Assembly (NCBI GenBank): GCA_902556355.1
Contig: CACDVW010000001.1
Span: 5,164 to 69,163, forward strand
DNA: 64,000 nt
Direction of reading: 5' to 3'
Source of the DNA: an uncultured SAR86 cluster bacterium
Lineage (GTDB): Bacteria > Pseudomonadota > Gammaproteobacteria > Magnimaribacterales > D2472
A program made the translations under genes and the position numbers. A model generated the notes under the pieces. It was not told where the DNA came from. It searched no databases and saw only the letters and a list, made by a program, of their open reading frames with translations. Shown here in pieces: positions 1 through 7,305 of this stretch; positions within the stretch are counted from its first letter, which is position 1; each line of letters begins with the position of its first letter.

Positions 1-782
1 TTTTCACATAATTCATTTAGCTCAGTTAAATACATTCTTGGCCATAAATAGATAATTTTTTTATCTAAAAAATAATTTTTTGAAAGATATAGCTCACCTA
101 GAGCAACATGGCCTCCCCTTCTTGATCCATCAGTAAAATCACGAGCCATTCTTGATGAATACTTTACAACATAATCTTTATCATCATAGGTAACGGTACT
201 TCTTTGTTTGCCAAATTCTTTCCATGAGCCTTTATATCTTGTTTTAAACTTTTTCATGAATTTCTCGTAGCTCGATTCGAGATAATTATTTATATATTCA
301 TGCATTTTAGACATGTCAGAGCTCATATACATCAAAATATTTTTTATCACATCTAGTTCATCAGTAACCAAATAAGGGGTCTTTAAATTTTTAGACATTT
401 TATATGTTATACCGTACAAGTCTTCTTGAATTTTATGCTTGCCCTTTTTGAGATAATACACACCGACGACTCCATTTAAAACAGCCCCATATGCATGATG
501 CAATCGTTGCATTTGAGCATTCCCGGAAGAACCTCTGTTCAACGCATCTGTTCCTTCAATGGCTAGAACTGGTATATCTTTATTTCCTTCTTTCTTTACA
601 TATACACAATCATTAGATCCATAGGACTTACCATTATGACTAAAGGTAAGCCCTCCATCTTCAAATAGTTTTTGATCGTCATTAGACCCCTCAAAGAATA
701 CCCTGGCCTCATACCCAAATGGTGCAATACCAACATGATCAATGATTTCTCTTTTGATGGTTTCGTCGCTTGATAGGGCCAT
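1..782 (-). CDS. Hypothetical protein, C-terminus cut by the window edge. Candidate nuclease or partner subunit of the adjacent R-M operon.
   Basis: My own minus-strand translation from the ATG at 782..780 stays open to position 1 (MALSSDETIKREIIDHVGIAPFGYEARVFFEGSNDD...DCVYVKKEGNKDIPVLAIEGTDALNRGSSGNAQMQRLHH...). It is absent from the track because it has no stop in the window. It lies 45 nt downstream of 828..1913. No family recognised. Confidence 0.55.
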   Translation of the reverse strand, partial: MALSSDETIKREIIDHVGIAPFGYEARVFFEGSNDDQKLFEDGGLTFSHNGKSYGSNDCVYVKKEGNKDIPVLAIEGTDALNRGSSGNAQMQRLHHAYGAVLNGVVGVYYLKKGKHKIQEDLYGITYKMSKNLKTPYLVTDELDVIKNILMYMSSDMSKMHEYINNYLESSYEKFMKKFKTRYKGSWKEFGKQRSTVTYDDKDYVVKYSSRMARDFTDGSRRGGHVALGELYLSKNYFLDKKIIYLWPRMYLTELNELCE

Positions 783-827
783 ATGTTCATTTGAGCATAT
801 GATTTTTTTCTTTGCAAAGTTTTGGAA

Positions 828-1913
828 TCAGAATTCTTTTTTTAAAACTAATTTTATTAGTTTGTTGATATCAATTTCACTAATTATATTAATAAGATCT
901 TTTTCTGATGAAACATCATTTCCAAATAAATTTTTGTTAATTTGATTGATCTCATCGAATGTAAAATTTGATAAAAGATATAACTTGCAATATCCACTAA
1001 ACCATTTTGAGAATTCAGTCTGTTTAGTTTTATTTACCACATTTTTGTATGAGGATTTTTTAAAAAACACATTATTTTCTTTGACTGAAAGTAAAGATGA
1101 GGTTTCTACCTCAGGAATTTGGTTGTTATTATGTATTTCGATTACATTTTCAAAAACCTCATAGTTGGCGTATTTTTGTATTTGTTTTTCTAAAGTTGCA
1201 GATTCTGTTTTGGCCTCTCCAATTAAAAATTCATCTTTATCAATAACTTCAGTATTATTATTTTCTTCTTGCGAAGGAAACATTCTTATCATTGATAGCT
1301 CAATTATATTAAATCCTGATGGAAGAATTGTTCTAAGGCAATTCTCATTTTGTATTTGGCTCTGCTTTATAGCCATAAAATCAGGACTTCCCGATTTATA
1401 ATCTAATGGAACTTGAGTTTCTGTAATATATCCATTTTTTGAAAAATAAAAAGAAGATATCATTTCAAGGTAGGGCTCCATCCCATAACCCTTTTTAGAT
1501 TTATCAATTTTCAAAACTAAAATATTTTCATTCTCTGATCTATTAAGGTTTTTTTTAATTATTTTTCTAAAATGATTTTCATTCTCGATTTCAACTGGAA
1601 CAAAAATTTTATTTCCTTTAAATAAATATTCTCTTTTTTTAGACAATAATATGGGTGAATATTTTGGTTTATATCCATCATATATGCCTGTGATAAATCT
1701 ATATTCCAATGCAGATGAAACAATTTTAAGAAGTCCTCTTGTAGAAAAAGGATAAATAGAATTTTCTAAATATGCGCTACCAGATAAACTGCTAACCAAA
1801 AAAGCTGTTCTGGGATCAAGTATTAACCCTTGACCTATAGGTGTGTCTGTAATTTTTACATTTAATAACTTTTGTAAAGTATATAAAACACTTTTACTTT
1901 CAAGATTAGACAT
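828..1913 (-). CDS. Hypothetical protein; candidate restriction endonuclease (possible PD...ExK motif)
   Basis: 361-aa ORF with an ATG start that overlaps the upstream methyltransferase stop by 8 nt (ATGTCTAA). It contains SGSPDFMAIK ... FLIGEAKTES, which could be a PD-(D/E)xK motif with long spacing. The context is two MTases. Confidence 0.6.
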   Translation of the reverse strand: MSNLESKSVLYTLQKLLNVKITDTPIGQGLILDPRTAFLVSSLSGSAYLENSIYPFSTRGLLKIVSSALEYRFITGIYDGYKPKYSPILLSKKREYLFKGNKIFVPVEIENENHFRKIIKKNLNRSENENILVLKIDKSKKGYGMEPYLEMISSFYFSKNGYITETQVPLDYKSGSPDFMAIKQSQIQNENCLRTILPSGFNIIELSMIRMFPSQEENNNTEVIDKDEFLIGEAKTESATLEKQIQKYANYEVFENVIEIHNNNQIPEVETSSLLSVKENNVFFKKSSYKNVVNKTKQTEFSKWFSGYCKLYLLSNFTFDEINQINKNLFGNDVSSEKDLINIISEIDINKLIKLVLKKEF

Positions 1914-3036
1914 TTCTCATAATCAAAACTCTATCGAGTTTCTCTTTTTTCTTTTGAATTGAATTAGTTCCACCATATTTCACAATTGTTGTTTTTGATG
2001 CTGGTATTTGATCATTAATAATATCAACCTTTTTAAAACCAATTTTTTCATAAAGATCAGCAATGTCTTCAGCTGTGTTTAGTGACTTGCTTGGAGAAAG
2101 ATGAACATCTCCTAAAATAAATACAAGTAAACCGTCTTTTTTTAATACTCGTTTCATTTCCCTTCCAACCAAATACATTTGATCAAGGTAGGTAGATCTT
2201 TGTTGGATTAAATTAGTAGTTAATTCCTCTTGTTGGTGATCATTTTGATCACATAACCACAACCTAAGCCTATTGGAGTGAACATAGTCTAGGGTGTGGT
2301 AATAAGGTGGGGATGAAATAACATTGTTTACTGAATTAGTTTTTAGAGATAGCTTTCTTGAGTCTTCTTGAAGAATTTTTCCTTGAACATCTAAACTAAC
2401 TTCATCCTTATACATCCTTGATGCTTTGCTAATCATTCTTGGGATTACTTCTCTATATTCTTTTTTAGGTTTTGGATTTGGAATATATGGAATTATATAT
2501 CCGGTTCTAATAGATAGATGTTGAGGTCTGTGACCATGTAAAATCCCCAAAAGACATCCGTATAAAAAATTTCTTTCATTTTTAATTAAAATCTCTTTAA
2601 GCTGTAGTATTTCTACAAGTGTTTTTTTATGGAAATATTCTTTTACCCACATAGGTACAGATTCTAAGTCTGGTATTGGTTCTTTTTTCAAATTGATTTG
2701 ATTTAAAAAATTAATTTCTTCATCAACCCCCCTTCTATCAAATTTTGATTTTGAAATTAACACAGCGTAGGGATTTAAATCATTTCCTATAAATTTACGA
2801 TTTAATTGATCTAACTCTAAGGGAATTGTTCCAATACCACAAAAAGGATCCAAAACTACCTGACCTTCAGTTGTTAATTCTTTTATTAAAAAATGAGCAA
2901 ATGCTGGTTTAATTCTTCCAACATACGATGAAATAGAATGCATCCAAATTCCCCAATTTTGTTTTGAAAATGGCTGCTCTTTCCATGGACACTTTTTAAG
3001 TCGCCTTATCCTTTTTTTTAAATCACTATCATTCAT
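1906..3036 (-). CDS. SAM-dependent DNA methyltransferase with an SPPY motif (N4-cytosine or N6-adenine type)
   Basis: AdoMet motif VLDPFCGIGT (aa 61-70) and catalytic motif SSPPYY (aa 241-246) are separated by about 170 aa (order I, insert, IV). There is an 8-nt ATGAATGA overlap with the upstream MTase. Confidence 0.85.
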   Translation of the reverse strand: MNDSDLKKRIRRLKKCPWKEQPFSKQNWGIWMHSISSYVGRIKPAFAHFLIKELTTEGQVVLDPFCGIGTIPLELDQLNRKFIGNDLNPYAVLISKSKFDRRGVDEEINFLNQINLKKEPIPDLESVPMWVKEYFHKKTLVEILQLKEILIKNERNFLYGCLLGILHGHRPQHLSIRTGYIIPYIPNPKPKKEYREVIPRMISKASRMYKDEVSLDVQGKILQEDSRKLSLKTNSVNNVISSPPYYHTLDYVHSNRLRLWLCDQNDHQQEELTTNLIQQRSTYLDQMYLVGREMKRVLKKDGLLVFILGDVHLSPSKSLNTAEDIADLYEKIGFKKVDIINDQIPASKTTIVKYGGTNSIQKKKEKLDRVLIMRNV

Positions 3037-4084
3037 CTTTTTTGAAAATCAAACAATAATGGTGAACAATGTTGGAGGTCCATCCAAAAGGATATCCAAA
3101 TGGCGCTAATCCAACTTTATCTTGACACCATATTTTTTCATCTTTTAATGAATACTTTGTTTCTAAGTTTTTAGCTAAATCCCATGCGAGTGGATAATGC
3201 TTACCTGATTTTTTTAAATTCTTTACAATAACAACCAAATATCCACCTGGTTTAATAAAACTAAATATATCTAAATATATATTTGAAAGAATTGATAAAA
3301 ATTCCTTGTAATCACTTATATTTCCAATGTCTTCTTCAAATGAAGAATAATTAATATCTAGATTTTTTGAACTTCTTATTTTAGAAAATTTACCTGTACT
3401 TCTGTTAAGAATGTCCCAATAAGGAGGTGAACTTATACAAAAATCAATTTTATCTACTTTATGTTTTTTTAATAATTTTTTGACATTTTTAGAATCTCCA
3501 TGAATCACTTTCGATTTGGTTCTAAGTTTAATTATTTGACAATACTTTTTATTTATCTCAATACCAATACCCGTTCTATTAGTTCTGTCACATGCAACTA
3601 AAGTAGACCCAATTCCAGAAAAGGGATCAAAAACTATCTCATTTTCTTTTGTAAAAAATTTAATAAAATCTTCCATCATAGATGGTGAATATGTTGCAGG
3701 ATGTTCTTCAGCATTTAACCCAGCCTTTGTTGTAATTTCTTTTTCTTCTTTTAAGTCTTTACTGAGAGCGTCAAACACAAACCAGCTTTTAGTAAATTTG
3801 GTCCAGCTTTTTCCTTCTAAGTGATTTAATTTATTTCTTAATGAGTAAGATCCTCTTTCTGGATCTAATATAATGGAATCTGCTTTTTCAATTTCACCTT
3901 TGGTATGAAAAAGAGATACATTCTTCCAGTCATCTTGATATTCTTTTGGAATAGTTTTAAAAATCTTTTTCCTTCTTATTGATCTTAATATATCCCTGGC
4001 TTGTATATGCAACTCCTCAGATGCAACTGGTACTATTTTTCTTTTATCTGAATAATAAAAATATGGTCTTTTAAGTGATTTCAC
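3029..4084 (-). CDS. SAM-dependent DNA methyltransferase with an SPPY motif (N6_N4_Mtase-like)
   Basis: Motifs HPATYSPSMMEDFIKFF...VFDPFSGIGST (aa 128-161), IGIEINKKY, then ISSPPYWD (aa 217-224), only about 60 aa after motif I. The start is GTG. Confidence 0.85.
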   Translation of the reverse strand: MKSLKRPYFYYSDKRKIVPVASEELHIQARDILRSIRRKKIFKTIPKEYQDDWKNVSLFHTKGEIEKADSIILDPERGSYSLRNKLNHLEGKSWTKFTKSWFVFDALSKDLKEEKEITTKAGLNAEEHPATYSPSMMEDFIKFFTKENEIVFDPFSGIGSTLVACDRTNRTGIGIEINKKYCQIIKLRTKSKVIHGDSKNVKKLLKKHKVDKIDFCISSPPYWDILNRSTGKFSKIRSSKNLDINYSSFEEDIGNISDYKEFLSILSNIYLDIFSFIKPGGYLVVIVKNLKKSGKHYPLAWDLAKNLETKYSLKDEKIWCQDKVGLAPFGYPFGWTSNIVHHYCLIFKKDE

Positions 4085-4127
4085 GTATCGAATTATATAT
4101 TATTTTAGTATGTTAAATATTTGTTAT

Positions 4128-4574
4128 TCATGCGTTTTTCCAATAACTTAATGTTTTTTGATTAATTTGTGTTTGATCACAAATATCGGTAATTGATGTA
4201 TAAAATTTATCTGCAGACTCGTCATCAATTAGTAGTCTCAAGCATTCAATGATTCTTGTTATCCTGAGTTGATTATGGTTATATCCTCTTTTCCAATACT
4301 TATGTCTTTTTAAGAAAGATAAAAACCAATCAGAAGATTTAATGATATTTTGTCTTACCAGATTATCATTTTTTAATATCTGGACTAATTCATCTGTATC
4401 CAAATAGTATCCATGAAATGAGGACTGGCTTTTTTTGTTTAATGGAAAAAGTATTTGAATAAAGTCATGATTAATTTCTATTTCGTTGTCTGAGTAATTC
4501 CATATGTCCTGAATCATTCTATTTTTAAAGTCTGAATCTTTACCCAATAAAAAATTATGGAAATTCATCTCCAT
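4128..4574 (-). CDS. OGFr_N-like protein (homologue of the opioid growth factor receptor conserved region)
   Basis: NHDFIQILFPL and YNHNQLRITRIIECLRLL match the two signature blocks of the OGFr N-terminal domain (human HNHTYIQWLFPL / QHNYLRITRILKSLGELG). The track start at 4577 is TTG; the ATG at 4574 is preferred. Confidence 0.75.
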   Translation of the reverse strand: MEMNFHNFLLGKDSDFKNRMIQDIWNYSDNEIEINHDFIQILFPLNKKSQSSFHGYYLDTDELVQILKNDNLVRQNIIKSSDWFLSFLKRHKYWKRGYNHNQLRITRIIECLRLLIDDESADKFYTSITDICDQTQINQKTLSYWKNA

Positions 4575-4628
4575 CAAAAAAGAGTCTCTGATTTATTTGT
4601 TTGATTTAAGAATATGATTTTAAAAAAT

Positions 4629-5021
4629 TTACTTATTCTTTCTTGAGAAGTCATTAATATCTCCATAAAATGATTCAAAAATCAAAGCTCCGTTGGTGAT
4701 TTTTATAAACTTCTTAACGTGTTCAGATGTTGGTACCCGATAACCATACGCGTATGATTTCATGGTTGATCTTTTTTCATCAAAAATTTCAGAAGACGCT
4801 CTAATACCAATATGTAAAATTAAATTTTGAAATGTATAAATATTGTTATTTTTAACTAAGTCAATTTTTTTTCTCTTATAAGAATTGATAATTTTTTTAT
4901 TTTTATTTAAAAATAGATCTAATGGATCATCGTAGGACTCTTCATTATTTTTAAATAAAATAGTTTTTGATTTTGCGTATTTCTCTATGTTTTTATAGTA
5001 ATTTAATTGATACTCATCCAT
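4629..5021 (-). CDS. Hypothetical protein (130 aa)
   Basis: The ATG start overlaps the upstream protease stop by 8 nt (ATGGATGA), which suggests translational coupling. No motif recognised. Confidence 0.6.
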   Translation of the reverse strand: MDEYQLNYYKNIEKYAKSKTILFKNNEESYDDPLDLFLNKNKKIINSYKRKKIDLVKNNNIYTFQNLILHIGIRASSEIFDEKRSTMKSYAYGYRVPTSEHVKKFIKITNGALIFESFYGDINDFSRKNK

Positions 5022-5727
5022 TTATTGTCCCTATAAAAATTTTTTCAGATTTATAATGAAATGTTAATGCGAAGTGATGAAAGATGTCTGCCCCCAAGAT
5101 TGCTTTAGTGTTTGAAGATAACATTGCTGATTCAAGTTGATCTGGCAAAACCCCAAAATTAAAAGGTATTTCAATTCCGTTAAACGTAATTGGAAGTGAG
5201 TATATTGGAACATCAAATTCACCAAAACTAGGAAAGAAGTCTTTCTTTTGATCTATTGCAATTAAATCTTTTACATATTGACTATTAATATACGAAATCT
5301 TTGCCCCAGTATCTAACCAAGATATGATTGGGTAGTCTTTGTTCACTATGACATACATTGAGGGTATGCTTCTAAAATCTGCATCGACGTATATTTCTTG
5401 ATTAATTTCATTCTCCGGAAATGAGTCCCATACAGAAAATAATTTATTCTTAAAATCAATTTGAAAAACATAATTTGCTAGAACATTGTTGCCAATTAAT
5501 GCATCAAGATGGCATCCAACAAATTCACTTAACTGTTCTATGTCTGCTCCGTGATATTTGTCCTTTGTTGCAAAAGTTCTATCAAAGATTTCGAATACAT
5601 CTTCTCCAGATATTGAAACAGGTGCCCCGGTGTCAATCAGAATTCTTCTATCTTTGTCTAATACAATGACATGATTATCAAAGATATCTATTTCATATCT
5701 TTTGCAATTATTAACATCATTATTCAT
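5014..5727 (-). CDS. Single-chain, two-lobed retropepsin-like aspartic peptidase
   Basis: Two DTGA catalytic motifs (ILIDTGAPVS aa 29-38; WLDTGAKIS aa 137-145). Each is followed about 45-70 aa later by a retropepsin-type ILG-like block (LIGNNVL aa 77-83; ILGADIF aa 210-216). Confidence 0.7.
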   Translation of the reverse strand: MNNDVNNCKRYEIDIFDNHVIVLDKDRRILIDTGAPVSISGEDVFEIFDRTFATKDKYHGADIEQLSEFVGCHLDALIGNNVLANYVFQIDFKNKLFSVWDSFPENEINQEIYVDADFRSIPSMYVIVNKDYPIISWLDTGAKISYINSQYVKDLIAIDQKKDFFPSFGEFDVPIYSLPITFNGIEIPFNFGVLPDQLESAMLSSNTKAILGADIFHHFALTFHYKSEKIFIGTING

Positions 5728-6123
5728 CTATGTCTCAAGTCCTATAATTCTTTTTTGGCACTCATGAAAATCAATCAAGTATTCGTAGGGTTTTATTGTC
5801 TCTATATTATGTTCGACTACTCTTCTAAACATAGACTCAATGTTTTTTATGGCTGATGTATGTCCATACTTAATTTTGTAATCTTCAATGGTTTCTTCGA
5901 TTACTTCTTGATGAATGATTAACATTGTCATTCCACTAACAAAAAGATCCTTTGATGAGTACCATCTAACATTGTTTCTATTTCTATCGTCTTCGATTAT
6001 TAAGTAATCTGTAAACTCTTTTGATTCTTTTATGAAGTCTTTGCATGACTCTACAAGTTCATGATCATCATTAGTTAACTCAACTTCATTAAAATTACCG
6101 AAAATACTCTGAACGTTAGACAT
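5728..6123 (-). CDS. Hypothetical protein (131 aa), first gene downstream of the SOS-box-like site
   Basis: ATG start. Its TAG stop abuts the protease ATG (TAGATG). No motif recognised. Confidence 0.6.
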   Translation of the reverse strand: MSNVQSIFGNFNEVELTNDDHELVESCKDFIKESKEFTDYLIIEDDRNRNNVRWYSSKDLFVSGMTMLIIHQEVIEETIEDYKIKYGHTSAIKNIESMFRRVVEHNIETIKPYEYLIDFHECQKRIIGLET

Positions 6124-6149
6124 CTATCAATACTATCGAAAATAATTAC

Positions 6150-6169
6150 TACTGTATATACATATAGTT
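6150..6169 (-). promoter_or_regulatory. LexA (SOS) box-like operator TACTGTATATACATATAGTT
   Basis: CTGT-N8-ATAG, the same half-sites and spacing as the box in front of the window's own lexA (36617..36636, TACTGTATAAATATATAGTA). It lies 27 nt upstream of the 5728..6123 start codon, in a 48-nt intergenic gap. Confidence 0.5.
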
Positions 6170-6171
6170 AA

Positions 6172-6375
6172 TTAATCGTACTTATTTTTTAAAGTCTTGG
6201 TTATCTCTCTCATAAAAGAAAGTTGAGAAAATAAATTTGCACTTTCATCATTTAAATCTTCCCACGTTAACCAATCAAAATTATTGGATCCAATTTTTCC
6301 AAGTTTCTTTATTTTTTTATCAATTGACTTAATTCTAAACCAAAGTCTAATATCGTTATCATTTTTGATTTCCAT
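6172..6375 (-). CDS. Hypothetical small protein (about 67 aa)
   Basis: An internal ATG (MEIKNDNDIRLWF...) sits 1 nt after the stop of the upstream ORF. The longer track start (6420) would overlap that ORF by 44 nt. Confidence 0.5.
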   Translation of the reverse strand: MEIKNDNDIRLWFRIKSIDKKIKKLGKIGSNNFDWLTWEDLNDESANLFSQLSFMREITKTLKNKYD

Positions 6376-6376
6376 A

Positions 6377-6670
6377 TTAGACCCAAGTATTAGTTGAATA
6401 CTTGATTCCCTTATCATCACAAATATCTTTTAAGTCATGAAGAGTGAATTTCTCTTCGGAATTAAATCCCATGATAAGAATCTCTATTGCGAACTTGGGT
6501 AAATAGTCTTTCTCAATAATTAGATAATACTCATACTCATCATTACCCCAGAATTCTTCAACATCTGAACCGTAGTGAAAAGAACTGAGAATAAGGTCTC
6601 CATTAACACCATATTCACCATAAACAGAATAACTGCCATGGGGAAACTCTTCTCTATAGATTTGTTCCAT
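6377..6670 (-). CDS. Hypothetical acidic small protein (about 97 aa)
   Basis: The ATG at 6670 (MEQIYREEF...) is preceded by GGAG with a 6-nt spacer. Alternative starts are the ATG at 6682 and the GTG at 6691. The protein is rich in E/D/Y. Confidence 0.55.
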   Translation of the reverse strand: MEQIYREEFPHGSYSVYGEYGVNGDLILSSFHYGSDVEEFWGNDEYEYYLIIEKDYLPKFAIEILIMGFNSEEKFTLHDLKDICDDKGIKYSTNTWV

Positions 6671-6810
6671 ATTTTTCTCCATAAAAATCACACTCGAAAT
6701 TGAGTGAAATGACGTGGGTAATGAAATTCGAAATAGAAAAAATATTTCTTTGATTACACTTATATATATGGGGTTTAGATTAGGTTTTTAAAGGTCGGTT
6801 AGATAGTTTA

Positions 6811-7245
6811 TTAAAAAGAAATTGATTCGCTGTCTTCATTAAAAAAATACTTTTCCATTTCTTTATACTTGGTTGTTGATGAGTACCATCCTTTTTCATT
6901 CCATGAAGTTGTATTTTTATATCTATCAATAAACAACTCTAAAGCTTCATCGTGATTATAGATATAAAAACCATTATCGCTTGGATAGGCCATATAAATA
7001 TTTTTATTCATATATTTTTTTTCGAATGTTAATCGACTTTTGAGTTGTATTTTGTATACATCCCCCTCGGTTGATAACGCTAATAGGTCAGCGCCATGAA
7101 CATCGTCATTTAACCATATACAGTTAAACCCATAAGTGCTGAGCAAGGATGCAAGTTTATGAAAATTATAGTTTTCTTTTTGTTTATTATTTAGAGATAC
7201 GTAAGATGCTTTTTTGAAAGTCTTATTTAAGTCTTTGTTTATCAC
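6811..7245 (-). CDS. Small PD-(D/E)xK-fold nuclease-like protein (Hjc/DUF4365-like pattern)
   Basis: The pattern is E24 ... YGFNCIWL ... GAD53LLAL ... VYKIQ67LK69S. This resembles the Hjc-type E / D / (E/Q)xK arrangement with the GF-containing helix. The start is GTG. Confidence 0.55.
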   Translation of the reverse strand: MINKDLNKTFKKASYVSLNNKQKENYNFHKLASLLSTYGFNCIWLNDDVHGADLLALSTEGDVYKIQLKSRLTFEKKYMNKNIYMAYPSDNGFYIYNHDEALELFIDRYKNTTSWNEKGWYSSTTKYKEMEKYFFNEDSESISF

Positions 7246-7305
7246 GTTTGATTTGGTTATTAATAATTTAGTTTAATTTTAATGATATTTTTTTTAAAAG
7301 TTGAT

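Noticed and set aside
596-945. Track ORFs 596..817 (-) and 742..945 (+)
   Set aside because: Both overlap a longer minus-strand frame that is open from the ATG at 782 to the window edge. Their translations are low-complexity and look non-coding. I annotated 1..782 (-) instead.
946-1401. Plus-strand ORFs 946..1164 and 1165..1401
   Set aside because: They are antisense to the 361-aa ORF 828..1913, which is translationally coupled to the methyltransferase. Their sequences are hydrophobic and low-complexity, as expected for the reverse frames of AT-rich genes.
5475-5856. Plus-strand ORFs 5475..5669 and 5671..5856
   Set aside because: They are antisense to the DTGA protease and the 131-aa gene, and have no Shine-Dalgarno sequence or motif.
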